Positions 50,423 through 61,575 are shown, counted from the stretch's first letter. The stretch is 64,000 bases of DNA from an uncultured Phycisphaerales bacterium (GCA_963792535.1 CAWBWQ010000001.1:480001-544000), one strand, 5' to 3'. Made by a program: numbers and translations. The notes: generated from the letters alone by a model not told the origin.

Positions 50423-51434
50423 TCAAGTCCGCATGCATTCCCGAAGCCGATCCAAAACAGCCATGTTGCCCAGCGTGTCTTCTGCCGTTATCCACGGCGG
50501 ATTTCCGTCCAGTACGCAGCCGGCGAACGCATCGGCTTCGATCCCATACAGCTGGCCATCCACATGAAGACGCACTGTTTCGCGGGGGGGAACGCCTGTT
50601 GATTTTGCCGGCCCATCCATTTTAGGTGGCGTTCCGCGCGATGATAAACGTGCATTCCGGCGCCGGTGGTTTCCATGGAACGGGAATCTCGATGTATCCC
50701 TCGGTCCCGCAAATCGTCGCGGTGTTGTCCGCGTGCGCCGACATACCACACGCAAAAGTGGCCAATATTCCGTTAGAAAACCCGAGCGTGGCCGTTGTAA
50801 GCTCGTCAACACCGCTGGGATGAAAATGCGCCTGACCGTGCACTTTGACCGGCTCACAACCGGCAAACAGCCGTGAGAAGTTGATGCAATAGCAGCCGAC
50901 ATCCATCAAAGCGCCGCCCGCGAGCTTCGGATCGAATCGAACATTGCCGGCGATCTTGGTCGTGCGATAACAAAAGCTGGTGCGAATCAGTTTCACCTCT
51001 CCGATCACACCCCGATTGACCGTGTCCTGCACCGCTTTAATAAGCGGATGGCTGCGATACATAAACGCTTCAACCACCACCCGACGACACTGCCGGGCCA
51101 CATCAAACATCTCGCGTGCCTCAGCGCTGTCCACGGCAAATGGCTTTTCACACAGCACATGCTTGCCGGCTTTTAAAGCGGCAATGGTCCATCGATGGTG
51201 CAGCGTATTTGGCAGTGAATTATAAACCGCATCCACATTCGGATCGGCCAACAGTTCCTCATAATTCGCATGAGCCGTGGTAATCTGATGCGCGCTGGCG
51301 AATGCGCGTGCCGATTCTTTCGATCGTGATCCAACCGCCTGCAGCACGCTTCGCTTTGAATCAGCGACGCCGATTGAAAACTGTCGGGCAATGTTGCCCG
51401 TGCCTAAAATTCCCCATCGAAGTCCTTGCGACAT
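50423..51434 (-). CDS. Gfo/Idh/MocA family oxidoreductase, apparent frameshift at about 50637
   Basis: RWGILGTGNIA, AGKHVLCEKP, EAFMYRSHP, GGALMDVGCY; C-term in ORF 50423-50902. Confidence 0.92.
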
Positions 51435-51576
51435 AACTATACTTTCTGCTGATTCAGGACATGTGCGCCGTCGGCATAACGCTGCCATCCTGCGGTTGTG
51501 TCGATATCAAGACAATATCTGGTTTCGGCTTTTACTTCCCATCATGTTATCTTTGCCGACGACACGAAAGGAAACG

Positions 51577-52773
51577 ATGTTAGACACCCAACAGATCATA
51601 GAGCGGGGAAAATCAGTTTTAATTGGAAACTACGCGCGCCTGCCTGTGGTTATGACGCGCGGTGAGGGCACGCGGGTCTGGGACAGCGACGGTAAAGAAT
51701 ACCTCGATCTGTTTGCCGGCTTTGGCGCGGGGATCCTGGGACATTGTCATCCCGCGCTCGTCGCAGCGGTTACCGAACAGGCCAAACAGCTCTGGCATGT
51801 GGGAAACACGTTCTACACTACCCCGCAAATTGGTCTGGCGGAATGGTTGAACAAAACTGCGTTTACCGGTCAGGCTTTTTTCTGCCATAGCGGGCTCGAA
51901 GCCAACGAGGCCGCCGTCAAGTTGGCGCGCTTGCGCGGCCAGAACGCATCGCCAAAGCGATGGAGGACCGTCTCGATGAACCGCTCGTTTCACGGTCGGT
52001 CGATGGCCATGATCGCCGCCACTGGAAATCCCGCGGTGAAAGCGGGATTCGAGCCTCTTGTCCCGGGCTTTAACCATGTCGACCTCGGCGACCTTGAAGG
52101 CCTTTCCGCCACGATCGACGATCAAACCGCAGCCGTAATCGTCGAACCAATCCAGGGAGAAGGCGGGATGCATCCGGTCCCGACCGATTACGCGATCCAG
52201 CTTCGAAAACTCTGCACGGCCCGGGATGTCACCCTTATTTATGATGAAGTCTGGACCGGTGGTGCGCGCACCGGAAAATGGTTTGGCTATCAGCATTTCG
52301 GTCCCGAGGCGATGCCCGACATCATCACCCTGGGCAAAGCGGTGGGTGGGGGACTGCCGGTTGGTGTAATGTTTGCCCGCCCTGAAATTGCGGCGTTGCT
52401 GGTGCCCGGCAAACACGGCTGCACCCTGGGAGGCAACCCGATCTGCATGGCGGCATCGCGCACGGTTTTCGAAACGATCGATCGTGAGAAGCTGACCGAT
52501 CATGCCGCCGCCCTCGGTGAGTACGGCATTGCGAGATTGAAGAGTGAAAAGAAAATTGCCGGCAAACTTGCAGCCGTACGCGGTCGCGGTTTGATGCTTG
52601 GCATCGAGCTGAAACAACCGCCCGAAAGACTCGTCGAAGCCGGGCTTGCCAAGAGTGTCGTGATCAATCTGACCAGCAAAAACGTCATTCGGCTCGCGCC
52701 CCCGGTAAATATTTCACGCGAGGACTGGGATCTGGGACTCGACCGGGTGATTGATGTCATTGGTGGACTATGA
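51577..52773 (+). CDS. argD: Acetylornithine aminotransferase (class III PLP)
   Basis: YLDLFAG..LGHCHP, SGLEANEAA, SFHGRS, EPIQGEGG, DEVWTG, GKAVGGG, GGNP. Confidence 0.9.
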   Translation: MLDTQQIIERGKSVLIGNYARLPVVMTRGEGTRVWDSDGKEYLDLFAGFGAGILGHCHPALVAAVTEQAKQLWHVGNTFYTTPQIGLAEWLNKTAFTGQAFFCHSGLEANEAAVKLARLRGQNASPKRWRTVSMNRSFHGRSMAMIAATGNPAVKAGFEPLVPGFNHVDLGDLEGLSATIDDQTAAVIVEPIQGEGGMHPVPTDYAIQLRKLCTARDVTLIYDEVWTGGARTGKWFGYQHFGPEAMPDIITLGKAVGGGLPVGVMFARPEIAALLVPGKHGCTLGGNPICMAASRTVFETIDREKLTDHAAALGEYGIARLKSEKKIAGKLAAVRGRGLMLGIELKQPPERLVEAGLAKSVVINLTSKNVIRLAPPVNISREDWDLGLDRVIDVIGGL

Positions 52774-53735
52774 ATCGAGCCTCTCATTTTCTGCGCGGCA
52801 TGCTCGACGGGACAGGTTGCAAACGTCGATCACGATATGCAACCCGGTCTATCGGGCCAGCCGCTGGAAAAATGTCTGGCTGGATTGCACTTGCCGCGAT
52901 TTTTCTCGCCGGTTGCAAAGCAACCGAGGTAAAAAAGCCCGCGCCACCTCCGGCCACAGGGCCATCTTCGTTGACACTCACTATTCAGCCGCTGAATGAA
53001 CAGGACCCGCGCGATCCCCAGCAGACACCCAGCGCGATGGTTCATCTGGTCATTTTCATGCTGGACATGCCACCTGGAAGCGTGTCGAACAACTCCGACT
53101 TCTGGAAGCGCGTTGATGAAACGGCCGTCGGCACTGCGAATTCCGATCGATTGATTCGCAATGGCGTCCGGTGCGGAATTGTCTCGCAAAGTGAGGGGCT
53201 TTTCTTCAGCCAGTTTTTCGACCATCTGCCGCACAAGCTTTCCACGTCGCATGTGGATGGACTTCATGCCGAAACCTTCCCGCTGCAGATGGAAAAGCAG
53301 TTCGATCGGCAAGACCTGTTTTTTTTTAATGCCTCGAATCAGCTCGAAGGTCGATCGTACGACAGGGGGACCGATCAACTCATGCTTTCTTTCGGCCCGG
53401 CGCCGCGCGATCCAGGGGCAGTTAAGGTGACTTTGTGCCCGGTGGTGCACAGTCAGAAAGTGCGCATGGGCTTTACCGCGATGAATGATGAATTCGAGTC
53501 CCCGGTGCAGGATGTGGACAGCCTTTACGACCTGGGTCTGACGGCCGACGTGCCGGAAAATTACTTCATGATTATCGCGCCCAGCGGCGATGCCGACCGA
53601 CGCACCAGCGTGGGGGCCTGTTTTCTAACCCGCGCGGACAAAACCGAACGCAAAGAGCAGGTGATCGTGATCGTTCCCACCCTGCTGCGCCTGGACGGCA
53701 AACCAATGCTCGTTAGGGGTCCGCTGCTGAAATAG
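52770..53735 (+). CDS. Hypothetical lipoprotein (start may be 52872)
   Basis: Lipobox FLAGC; ATGA overlap with argD. Confidence 0.72.
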   Translation: MNRASHFLRGMLDGTGCKRRSRYATRSIGPAAGKMSGWIALAAIFLAGCKATEVKKPAPPPATGPSSLTLTIQPLNEQDPRDPQQTPSAMVHLVIFMLDMPPGSVSNNSDFWKRVDETAVGTANSDRLIRNGVRCGIVSQSEGLFFSQFFDHLPHKLSTSHVDGLHAETFPLQMEKQFDRQDLFFFNASNQLEGRSYDRGTDQLMLSFGPAPRDPGAVKVTLCPVVHSQKVRMGFTAMNDEFESPVQDVDSLYDLGLTADVPENYFMIIAPSGDADRRTSVGACFLTRADKTERKEQVIVIVPTLLRLDGKPMLVRGPLLK

Positions 53736-54710
53736 TCAGCTGACTGTTGCAGCGAAGTCGCGCTCGGTCACATTCCCGTGCTGATCGCTGAACCATTGAA
53801 TCGTTTTGGCCAATCCGTCTTCCAGCGAGGTTTGGGCGACAAAACCAATTTCCTGTTTAGCGCGGGTCACGTCGAGGCACCGGCGCGGCTGACCATCGGG
53901 CTTGGTCGGATCCCAGATGATCTGACCTTTGAAACTGCTTAATTTTGCGATCAGTTCCGTAAGATTCTTAATGCTGATTTCACGACCGCTGCCCAGGTTC
54001 ATCGGTTCGGGCGAATCGTATTTTTCCATGGAGGAAACGATCCCTTCGGCGCAATCTTCCACGTACAAAAATTCCCGACTGGCGGCACCCGTGCCCCAGG
54101 CGTAAATCTGTTCAGCGCCTTTGTCGCGCGCTTCAACGCACTTGCGGATCAGCGCGGGGATGACATGGCTGCTGTGGGGGTGAAAATTGTCACCCGGGCC
54201 ATATAAATTCACAGGCAGCACATAGACCGATTGCAAACCGTATTGCTCGCGATACGCCTGGCACATGACCAGCAGCGCTTTTTTAGCAATCCCGTATGGC
54301 GCGTTGGTCACTTCGGGATACCCGAGCCAGAGGTTGGATTCCTTAAAGGGAACGGGTGTGAGATTTGGATACGCGCAGATCGTTCCCACCTGCAGGAATT
54401 TCTTCAGGCCGAACTTGCGTGCCCCTTCCACCAGGTGCAGGCCCATGGCCATGTTGGCGAAGAAAAACCGGCCCGGATTGTCCCGGTTAGCGCCGATGCC
54501 GCCCACTTCGGCCGCCAGATGCAGGATTACGTCGGGTTTGTGCGTCTGATACAGGCGATCGACTTCCATTTCATGCGTCAGATCGAAATCTTTCTTGCGC
54601 AGTGAGACCAGGTTGTTGTATCCAAGGGACCTCAGACGCTCGATCACAAAGTGACCCAGGAAACCGGCACCGCCGGTGATAATAATTTTGTCGGTGTGTT
54701 TTACGGTCAT
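53736..54710 (-). CDS. fcl: GDP-L-fucose synthase
   Basis: GGAGFLG, LAAEVGGIGAN, YGIAKK, NLYGPGDNF, SSHVIPAL, KPDGQPRR. Confidence 0.96.
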   Translation of the reverse strand: MTVKHTDKIIITGGAGFLGHFVIERLRSLGYNNLVSLRKKDFDLTHEMEVDRLYQTHKPDVILHLAAEVGGIGANRDNPGRFFFANMAMGLHLVEGARKFGLKKFLQVGTICAYPNLTPVPFKESNLWLGYPEVTNAPYGIAKKALLVMCQAYREQYGLQSVYVLPVNLYGPGDNFHPHSSHVIPALIRKCVEARDKGAEQIYAWGTGAASREFLYVEDCAEGIVSSMEKYDSPEPMNLGSGREISIKNLTELIAKLSSFKGQIIWDPTKPDGQPRRCLDVTRAKQEIGFVAQTSLEDGLAKTIQWFSDQHGNVTERDFAATVS

Positions 54711-54763
54711 GGTACGAAAGTCATGGTCGGGTGTCGGTTCGTCGCGTATGGCAACGGAAAGTT

Positions 54764-55786
54764 TCAGTCTTTGTGATCAGCCAGCAGGCGCTCGCGCCTG
54801 GCGATCTTCCAATCCGCCATCGTCATCATTTCCGCAAGCGCTTTGAAGGTAACTTTAGGCTTCCATTTAAGGTCGCGCTCGGCTTTGGCAGGATCGCCCA
54901 GCAGCAGATCTACTTCAGCGGGGCGGAAGTAGCGCGGATCGACCTGAACGTACTTTTTCCAGTCCAGTTTCAGATGACCGAACACTTCATCAAGGAATTC
55001 CCGCACGCTGTGGGTTTCGTTGGTTGCAACCACGTAATCGTCCGGTTTGTCTTGCTGCAGCATCAACCACATGGCCTCAACATAGTCACCGGCAAAGCCC
55101 CAGTCTCGCTTCGCGTCAAGGTTGCCCAGGAACAGTTTGTCCTGCAGACCTTCCTTGATTCGCGTGGCGGCCCGGGTGATTTTTCGCGTGACAAACGTCT
55201 CGCCGCGGCGGGGGGATTCGTGGTTAAACAGGATGCCATTCACGGCAAACATGTTGTAGCTCTCGCGGTAATTCACGGTCTGCCAGAAGCTGTAGACCTT
55301 CGCGCAGGCATAAGGACTGCGAGGATGAAACGGTGTTTTTTCTGTCTGCGGCGTCTCGCGCACCTTGCCGTACATTTCGCTGCTCGATGCCTGGTAAAAC
55401 TTCATCGCCTTACCGGTGTCGCGGATGGCTTCGAGCAAATGCATTGTTCCCAGGGCATCCGATGCAACGGTATAAACCGGTTGATCGAAGCTGACGCGCA
55501 CGTGGGACTGTGCGCCCAGGTTGTAGATCTCATCCGGCAAAACCCGGGTAAGGATTTCCCGCATGCCGATGCCGTCCACAAGGTCGCCGTAATGCAACCT
55601 GAGCCGGGCGGCAGAGTCATGTGGATCTTTATATAGATGTTCGATGCGATCGGTATTGAACGAACTGCTCCGGCGGATCACGCCATGAACTTCATATCCT
55701 TTGGCGAGTAAAAGTTCCGCGAGGTACGAACCGTCCTGACCGGTAATACCGGTGATGAGCGCTTTTTTTCGTGGCTGCATTTCCAT
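54764..55786 (-). CDS. gmd: GDP-mannose 4,6-dehydratase
   Basis: [50 protein letters not shown]. Confidence 0.98.
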   Translation of the reverse strand: MEMQPRKKALITGITGQDGSYLAELLLAKGYEVHGVIRRSSSFNTDRIEHLYKDPHDSAARLRLHYGDLVDGIGMREILTRVLPDEIYNLGAQSHVRVSFDQPVYTVASDALGTMHLLEAIRDTGKAMKFYQASSSEMYGKVRETPQTEKTPFHPRSPYACAKVYSFWQTVNYRESYNMFAVNGILFNHESPRRGETFVTRKITRAATRIKEGLQDKLFLGNLDAKRDWGFAGDYVEAMWLMLQQDKPDDYVVATNETHSVREFLDEVFGHLKLDWKKYVQVDPRYFRPAEVDLLLGDPAKAERDLKWKPKVTFKALAEMMTMADWKIARRERLLADHKD

Positions 55787-55996
55787 ATGCGTTATATCCC
55801 GAGCAAGAGTCAAGAACACCCTGCGGTCAGTATCGGTCCATCGGCGGGCGAGGTTAACGGGCAGAAGGTGCGATCGCAATAACAGCGGCAAAGCGCCGCA
55901 TCGACCTGCCAATTCAACGCGAACCGATTATTCCTTCCCTCTCATTCGCTTCGAGAGTAAATAGCATGACTATTATCGAACCTGGAGCACCCGCCG

Positions 55997-58900
55997 ATGG
56001 CCGACACGGATTTTAATTCCACTCAGGGTCCGACCGACCCCGCTTCCCCGACTCCATCGCCTTTGCATAAAGGAACAAGGTCCCGACTGATTGTTAAGAT
56101 CATTGCCGGTCTCATTGTTGTGCTTGTCCTTTTGACGCTGATCGCTCCGACGCTGCTAAGCACCGGTCCGGTCCTCTCCATCGCGCTGAGGAAGGTGAAC
56201 GAAAAACTCACCGGGCATGTTGAAGTGTCATCGCTATCGCTGGGGTGGTTTTCAGGGGTGCTTGTGCAGGGGGTGCGCGTTTTTGACAGTACCAATGCAC
56301 AGATTGCGCAGCTGAACCGGCTGTCGATCCCGATCCCTTTGTGGAAGGCGGCTTTGGGCAGGTATGACCTGGGCAATGTTGTTTGTGAAGGCCTGTCATT
56401 TGACGCTAAATACGATGAGAAACATCGCCTGAATTTTGAACAGCTTGTGAAGCAAAGTCCCGCGGAAACCACATCCGCCCCTCCGTCGCCGACGCCTCCG
56501 TCCACACCGGCTGGCCCACCCACCCCCGGCGCAGCGGCCCCGCCTGCTAAACTTCCCAGTATCAGCGGTAACATCACAATAACCGACTGCCAGGGAACGA
56601 TCGCTCAGCTTGGAAAACCTACAGTCTACCTCACCCGGTTGAAGGGTAACGTTCAGATACCCAACATAAACGAGCCGATTACCGATCAGTTGGAAGCCGG
56701 CATTCGTGTCGGTGAACTCAAAGAAAGCATGCTGACCGCCGAAGGTACTGCCGCCGTTGTGAAGGACAATCAAATCGACATCGGCGCAGGAGAGGTACAC
56801 CAGAAAGTAGACTTAACCGACTTGGATCTGTCGGCTGCCGGGCCTTTTCTTGCCGATGTAAAAACACTTGGCGGTTTCTTTGGTTTTCATCTCAATGTCG
56901 ATCTGACAAATGGAAAAACGCCCGGTGGAGTTACCCTGACCGCGTCCGCGCATGATGTCCACTATGCCAGGACTACGGGGCCGGCTGTTAACGAAAAGTT
57001 GATTCAACTGAATGTGAAAGGGGATTTGAACGGCGACGACAAGAGCACACTCCAGCAGATCAAAAATCTGGTTGTCACGCTCAAGGCCGGCGACACCGAC
57101 GCGCCCGCAATCGACCTGTTAGCCGAAGTTCCAAACGCCACACTCGGCGGCACGCCGTCGGCGGATTTCAGGCTGGTCTATCTTTCGGCGGACCTGGCTA
57201 AACTGCAAAAAGAATTTGCCGCTGTGCCGCTGGGCCAGTTGGGCACCATCGTAAACAGCGGTGTGTTAAAGATTTCGTCAGCCGGCAGGTATGACGGCCA
57301 TCTGCTGAACATCAATTCATTCAATGTCGACGCTGATAACCTGTATGTGAACAGGCAGTTTGCTGATGGAAAGCAGGCCAATGCTTTGGCGGGTGAAGGC
57401 CTGAAGGTCAGCGTCGTTGCCGCGGCAGACCTCTCGCGCGGAAGCGGGGGGGATGGCTCGGTCGAGGTAAAGACGCTGAGCGTGACGGATGCGGGGCAAA
57501 TCATCGATATTCATAAAGACGGCGACGGAGAATTTTTATTAACACTCCCCGCCAGGGGAGGAATGTCCGGGCATGGTTCGATTTCATTGGCGCTGCAACT
57601 GGGCTCGTTGGATCAAATTGCAGGCGTACTGACGCAGACCGGTTCCAAACCGGCTGCCGGTGGATTGCATTCGGGAAAACTAACCGGCACGGTCGCGCTG
57701 GTCGCATCGGCGCAGGACAAAACCAGCTTTGCAGCAAACTTGAACTTGAACGATCTTGCCATCAATTCAAGCAGCGGGGCGGTCCCCATCCAACCGGTGA
57801 ATTTTACTTTCAATGCGGCAACCGATCGATCCAGCGGAACAACCGTTGTCGACAAGGCAAATCTGACCAGCGGTATTGCGACGATGTCGCTTACCGCGCC
57901 GATCGTCGTCACTGAATCCGCCGGCAAAAGGAATATCAGCGGCGGTTTAAAAATCGATGGGAATCTTTCGGATCTCAGTTCGACGCTGGCTGCCTACAAG
58001 GGAAAAAAGACCGGCGATTATCCCTACCGCGGGACTTACAGCCTGAGTGAGAACATCACATCCAAAGACAACGGCACGTTCCTCAAAGGTGGTCTGCAAT
58101 TAACCAATTTCGAATCGTACAACGCCACCGGCACTACATTCTCCGAGAAGCAGGTGGCGATCGCGAACGATCTTGCGCTTGATGCGGCGGCCGACGATGA
58201 ATCAATTGCCATCAACACGCTCAGCGTTGCGATGCAAAGCAGCGGCGCTTTGAATATCTCAATCAACAATGGAAGCGTGCATCACCTTCAGACCACGCGG
58301 GACTTAAACCTTCAACCGACTCTGGACTACGATCTGGCCAAGCTATGGCCGGTAATCCAGCCGATCATGGGCGATGAGTACAAGACACTGAAAATCACCG
58401 GCCAGTTTAAAAAGCAGTTCAACATCACCGGAAGTTATCCCGCCAATCAACCCTCGACAATTGCCATCAAGACACTGCACGCCGACGGCGACCTGGCTGT
58501 CGCGACTTTTGATTACAACGGGCTGAATCTGCAGAATTTTATCGTCCCCTTCACGCTCGATAACGGCAAGCTGGTGACCGTCTACGCCAATAAGCCCGTC
58601 GGGCAAAATACCGCCGCCCCAGCCGTCGCCAATGGAGGAACACTCGATCTTTCGAACCTGACAATCGATTTGACCCAGGAACCACCGAGGCTATCAGCGC
58701 CGGCGAATAAATTGCTGATCAGCAAGCTGACCATTAATCCGCTGTTTGCGAACAGTTTCCTGGCAAAGTACCTGAACAACCCGGTCTTCACCGGAAGTGA
58801 TGCCAGCGGCTTGATGGAATTAATGTTCGTTGATTGCGACGCGTTACCTATGGGAAGTCTGGTGACCCAGGCGGTTGCGTCAAACACAGGCAAGGCCGAT

Positions 58901-59395
58901 CTGAAGCTTTCCCTTACGGATTTGAATATCGGCTTTCAGGGCATCAGCGGATTGGCATCGGCACTTAAGCAGGACAGTTTCGTCGCGAATGTAAAAGATG
59001 GAACAGTTGCTGTTTCCAGGGGCTTGTCGACAGAACACTTTGTCTTTGCCTCCGGCACCTACTCGATTAACATTGACGGCACGGTGCGGCTTGCCGACGA
59101 GGCATTTGTTCCGATGAGCCTGAGCGTCGGTCCGATGACCGCAATCGTCGATCGCGCCTTCGGTGTGCACGATAAGAATGTGTTGAAATACCTGCCCGAC
59201 CGAATCACCGTTCCACTCAAGGGGACCGTGCATCATGCCAGTGTCGATATGGATCAAACACTTCAGCGATTGCTTGCCGAGGCCGGCACTAAGGCGGTCA
59301 CGAACGGGCTGCTGAATGGCAATGCAGGCAATCCCAACGACAGCCCGCTGGGTGGACTGTTGAACAGGCTGCAGAAAAAGAAGAAATCGAATTGA
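55997..59395 (+). CDS. Large AsmA/TamB-like beta-rich envelope protein
   Basis: N-terminal TM then APTLLST..SLSLGWFSG; 1132 aa of beta-strand-rich sequence; C-term VPLKGT. Confidence 0.7.
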   Translation: MADTDFNSTQGPTDPASPTPSPLHKGTRSRLIVKIIAGLIVVLVLLTLIAPTLLSTGPVLSIALRKVNEKLTGHVEVSSLSLGWFSGVLVQGVRVFDSTNAQIAQLNRLSIPIPLWKAALGRYDLGNVVCEGLSFDAKYDEKHRLNFEQLVKQSPAETTSAPPSPTPPSTPAGPPTPGAAAPPAKLPSISGNITITDCQGTIAQLGKPTVYLTRLKGNVQIPNINEPITDQLEAGIRVGELKESMLTAEGTAAVVKDNQIDIGAGEVHQKVDLTDLDLSAAGPFLADVKTLGGFFGFHLNVDLTNGKTPGGVTLTASAHDVHYARTTGPAVNEKLIQLNVKGDLNGDDKSTLQQIKNLVVTLKAGDTDAPAIDLLAEVPNATLGGTPSADFRLVYLSADLAKLQKEFAAVPLGQLGTIVNSGVLKISSAGRYDGHLLNINSFNVDADNLYVNRQFADGKQANALAGEGLKVSVVAAADLSRGSGGDGSVEVKTLSVTDAGQIIDIHKDGDGEFLLTLPARGGMSGHGSISLALQLGSLDQIAGVLTQTGSKPAAGGLHSGKLTGTVALVASAQDKTSFAANLNLNDLAINSSSGAVPIQPVNFTFNAATDRSSGTTVVDKANLTSGIATMSLTAPIVVTESAGKRNISGGLKIDGNLSDLSSTLAAYKGKKTGDYPYRGTYSLSENITSKDNGTFLKGGLQLTNFESYNATGTTFSEKQVAIANDLALDAAADDESIAINTLSVAMQSSGALNISINNGSVHHLQTTRDLNLQPTLDYDLAKLWPVIQPIMGDEYKTLKITGQFKKQFNITGSYPANQPSTIAIKTLHADGDLAVATFDYNGLNLQNFIVPFTLDNGKLVTVYANKPVGQNTAAPAVANGGTLDLSNLTIDLTQEPPRLSAPANKLLISKLTINPLFANSFLAKYLNNPVFTGSDASGLMELMFVDCDALPMGSLVTQAVASNTGKADLKLSLTDLNIGFQGISGLASALKQDSFVANVKDGTVAVSRGLSTEHFVFASGTYSINIDGTVRLADEAFVPMSLSVGPMTAIVDRAFGVHDKNVLKYLPDRITVPLKGTVHHASVDMDQTLQRLLAEAGTKAVTNGLLNGNAGNPNDSPLGGLLNRLQKKKKSN

Positions 59396-59434
59396 AGTTG
59401 CCGCACCCGCTTTCACAAAGCAGGCGTGCAGCGA

Positions 59435-60090
59435 TCAGACGGCATGCAGATGGCGGATAATGCGACCTGTGTGAGCGTAAATGACATCTTCAGCGATGTT
59501 GGTGCAGTGGTCACCCATCCGTTCGAGGTTCTTGGCGATCATGATGTTCGACAGCTCTATGTTGGCATCGCCGCCGCCTGATTCGAGGCGGGCGAGCATG
59601 TCCTGGACGATCTGGTGATAGAGCGCGTCAACAACATCGTCGCCGCGAAGAACCTGGCGGGCGAGGGTTTCGTCAGAGAGGTTAAACGCCTTGATAGTGT
59701 CGCGCAGTGTGGAGAGCACGCTATTGCACATCATGCGAAGGTCCGCCGCGCATGATAATCCCCGCGGGCAAGCGGAACGATTCGCTGTGATGCATTTACA
59801 GCGCAATCGGCGATGCGTTCGAAGTCGCTGTTTGCTTTTATGATCACGGTAACCAGACGGAGATCACCGGCAGCAGGTTGATACAGGGCCAGGAGATCGA
59901 TCGCAGATTTCTCAATCTGCACTTCCTCTTCATCAATGCGTTCATCCAGATCGGTTACGGCTTGAGAAAGGGTGGCGTTTGTCGTCAGAATGGACTGGAC
60001 AGCCATTTCTGAGGCTTGTTGAACCAAAGAAGTCAACCGCGCCATGCGGTCTTTGAGGTCGTCGAGTCGGTCAATCAGATGATGAGCCAT
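59435..60090 (-). CDS. phoU: Phosphate signalling protein PhoU, apparent frameshift at about 59748
   Basis: DERID..LALYQPAAGDLR..DFERIAD; DDVVD..KNLERMGDHCTNIAE. Confidence 0.95.
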
Positions 60091-60201
60091 GTCTATTAAA
60101 TAGTCTACGCATTCCCAACCATCTATTATCGGCTGAAAGTCGCAAAAAATTCAAGCCCCTGTCCAGGATTTATGTGAATCTATTGAGCCCGAAACAGGAA
60201 A

Positions 60202-61077
60202 TTAACCAAACCTGCCGGTGATGTAATCTTCGGTTTGCTTATTCTGGGGATTTGTGAACATCAGCTCTGTGCGATTGTATTCCACGAGTCGACCCAGGTA
60301 GAAAAAGGCAGTCAGGTCGCTGACGCGCGCCGCCTGCTGCATGTTGTGGGTGACGATGATGATCGTGTAGGACGCTTTGAGCTGGCGTATCAGATCTTCG
60401 ATCTTGCCGGTGGCAATGGGGTCCAGCGCGCTGGCAGGTTCGTCCATGAGCAGCACAGCAGGCCGCGTGGCGAGTGCGCGGGCGATGCAGAGCCTTTGTT
60501 GCTGCCCACCGGACAGAGACATTGCGCTTCCATGCAGGCGGTCTTTGACTTCGTCCCAGAGCGCACCTTTACGAAGGCAATCTTCGACGGTTTCATCGAG
60601 TTTTCGATGGCTGTCGATCCCCTGAAGACGCGGGCCATATGCGACATTTTCGTAGATTGATTTAGGGAAAGGATTGGGCTTTTGAAAAACAAGTCCCACC
60701 CGGCGACGAAGATCCACCAGGTCAGTGTGCGGGTGATAGATGTTTTGACCGTCAAAGGTCAGACTTCCACTGACCCGACAGCCGGGGATGAGATCGTTCA
60801 GGCGATTGATCGAGCGCAGGAAGGTGCTCTTGCCGCAACCGCTGGGGCCGATGAATGCAACGACACTGTTGCGAGGCACAGTGAGCGAAACATCTTTGAT
60901 GGCATGATGCGCACCATAGTGAACATTGACCGATTTGGCGTCGATCACAGGTTCCCCCATTGGCGGTACAGCCTGACTGGCTTGCGGAGCAACTTCCCGC
61001 AGGACAGGCTTAAACCACGGAATTGGCGGAACATCCACCTTCGGCGAAACGACCGGCTCCAACTGCACTGTGGTCAT
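60202..61077 (-). CDS. pstB: Phosphate ABC transporter ATPase
   Basis: [60 protein letters not shown]. Confidence 0.97.
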   Translation of the reverse strand: MTTVQLEPVVSPKVDVPPIPWFKPVLREVAPQASQAVPPMGEPVIDAKSVNVHYGAHHAIKDVSLTVPRNSVVAFIGPSGCGKSTFLRSINRLNDLIPGCRVSGSLTFDGQNIYHPHTDLVDLRRRVGLVFQKPNPFPKSIYENVAYGPRLQGIDSHRKLDETVEDCLRKGALWDEVKDRLHGSAMSLSGGQQQRLCIARALATRPAVLLMDEPASALDPIATGKIEDLIRQLKASYTIIIVTHNMQQAARVSDLTAFFYLGRLVEYNRTELMFTNPQNKQTEDYITGRFG

Positions 61078-61113
61078 ACCAATAGGCTAGACCCTTGGCG
61101 GCATCACAGGCAA

Positions 61114-61135
61114 GGACTTAAAGAAACATTAACAA
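61114..61135 (-). promoter_or_regulatory. Candidate Pho-box-like 11-bp direct repeat upstream of pstB
   Basis: Minus strand TTGTTAATGTT-TCTTTAAGTCC: TTAA cores at 61129-32 and 61118-21, 11 bp apart, about 40 nt before the start codon. Confidence 0.4.
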
Positions 61136-61246
61136 TTCGCAACTGGTGCTCGTTGCTGCCTGGCACGCGACAGCAGGGTGGTCCGGATGATCCGCGAAGT
61201 CCATCTATATCAGGTGCTTAAGATAAGCTGTTTTGCACCGGACAGA

Positions 61247-61348
61247 TCAATGCATGCCCAGCATTCCAAGTGTCATGAGTACTGCAGCCACGAAGAATAA
61301 GACCACGACCGCGAGATTAAGGGCCATCGACATCATTAACACCGACAT
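61247..61348 (-). CDS. Putative 33-aa hydrophobic membrane peptide
   Basis: GAGGT RBS 5 nt before ATG; MSVLMMSMALNLAVVVLFFVAAVLMTLGMLGMH*. Confidence 0.5.
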   Translation of the reverse strand: MSVLMMSMALNLAVVVLFFVAAVLMTLGMLGMH

Positions 61349-61575
61349 GATCGACCTCAGCAAAAAAAACGACGCTGCGACTCGATCGCTCCGCGACCGT
61401 TTGCCCTGTCATCCCTGCGGGCGAGTCAACAAAAATGGCATCGGCCGGCGCGGGATCAAAGCTTTCTTAACCGCAGTCTGCGGATCACAAATCCTCGGCG
61501 ATCATTCAGAAACCACGAAAATGCCCCAAAAATAAGGGTTGAGAAAATTGGCCATCTGGTTATCAGACGTAACGT

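Noticed and set aside
4016..60090. Mass pseudogenisation or programmed frameshifting of hisD, apbC, pyrF, glyQS, rdgB, phoU and others
   Set aside because: Essential genes are affected, there is no other sign of decay and no slippery heptamers, and the breaks cluster at GCGC. A sequencing artefact is far more likely.
61233..61535. 100-aa plus-strand ORF upstream of the C45 gene
   Set aside because: TTG start with no RBS and an implausible composition; the antisense 33-aa peptide has better signals.
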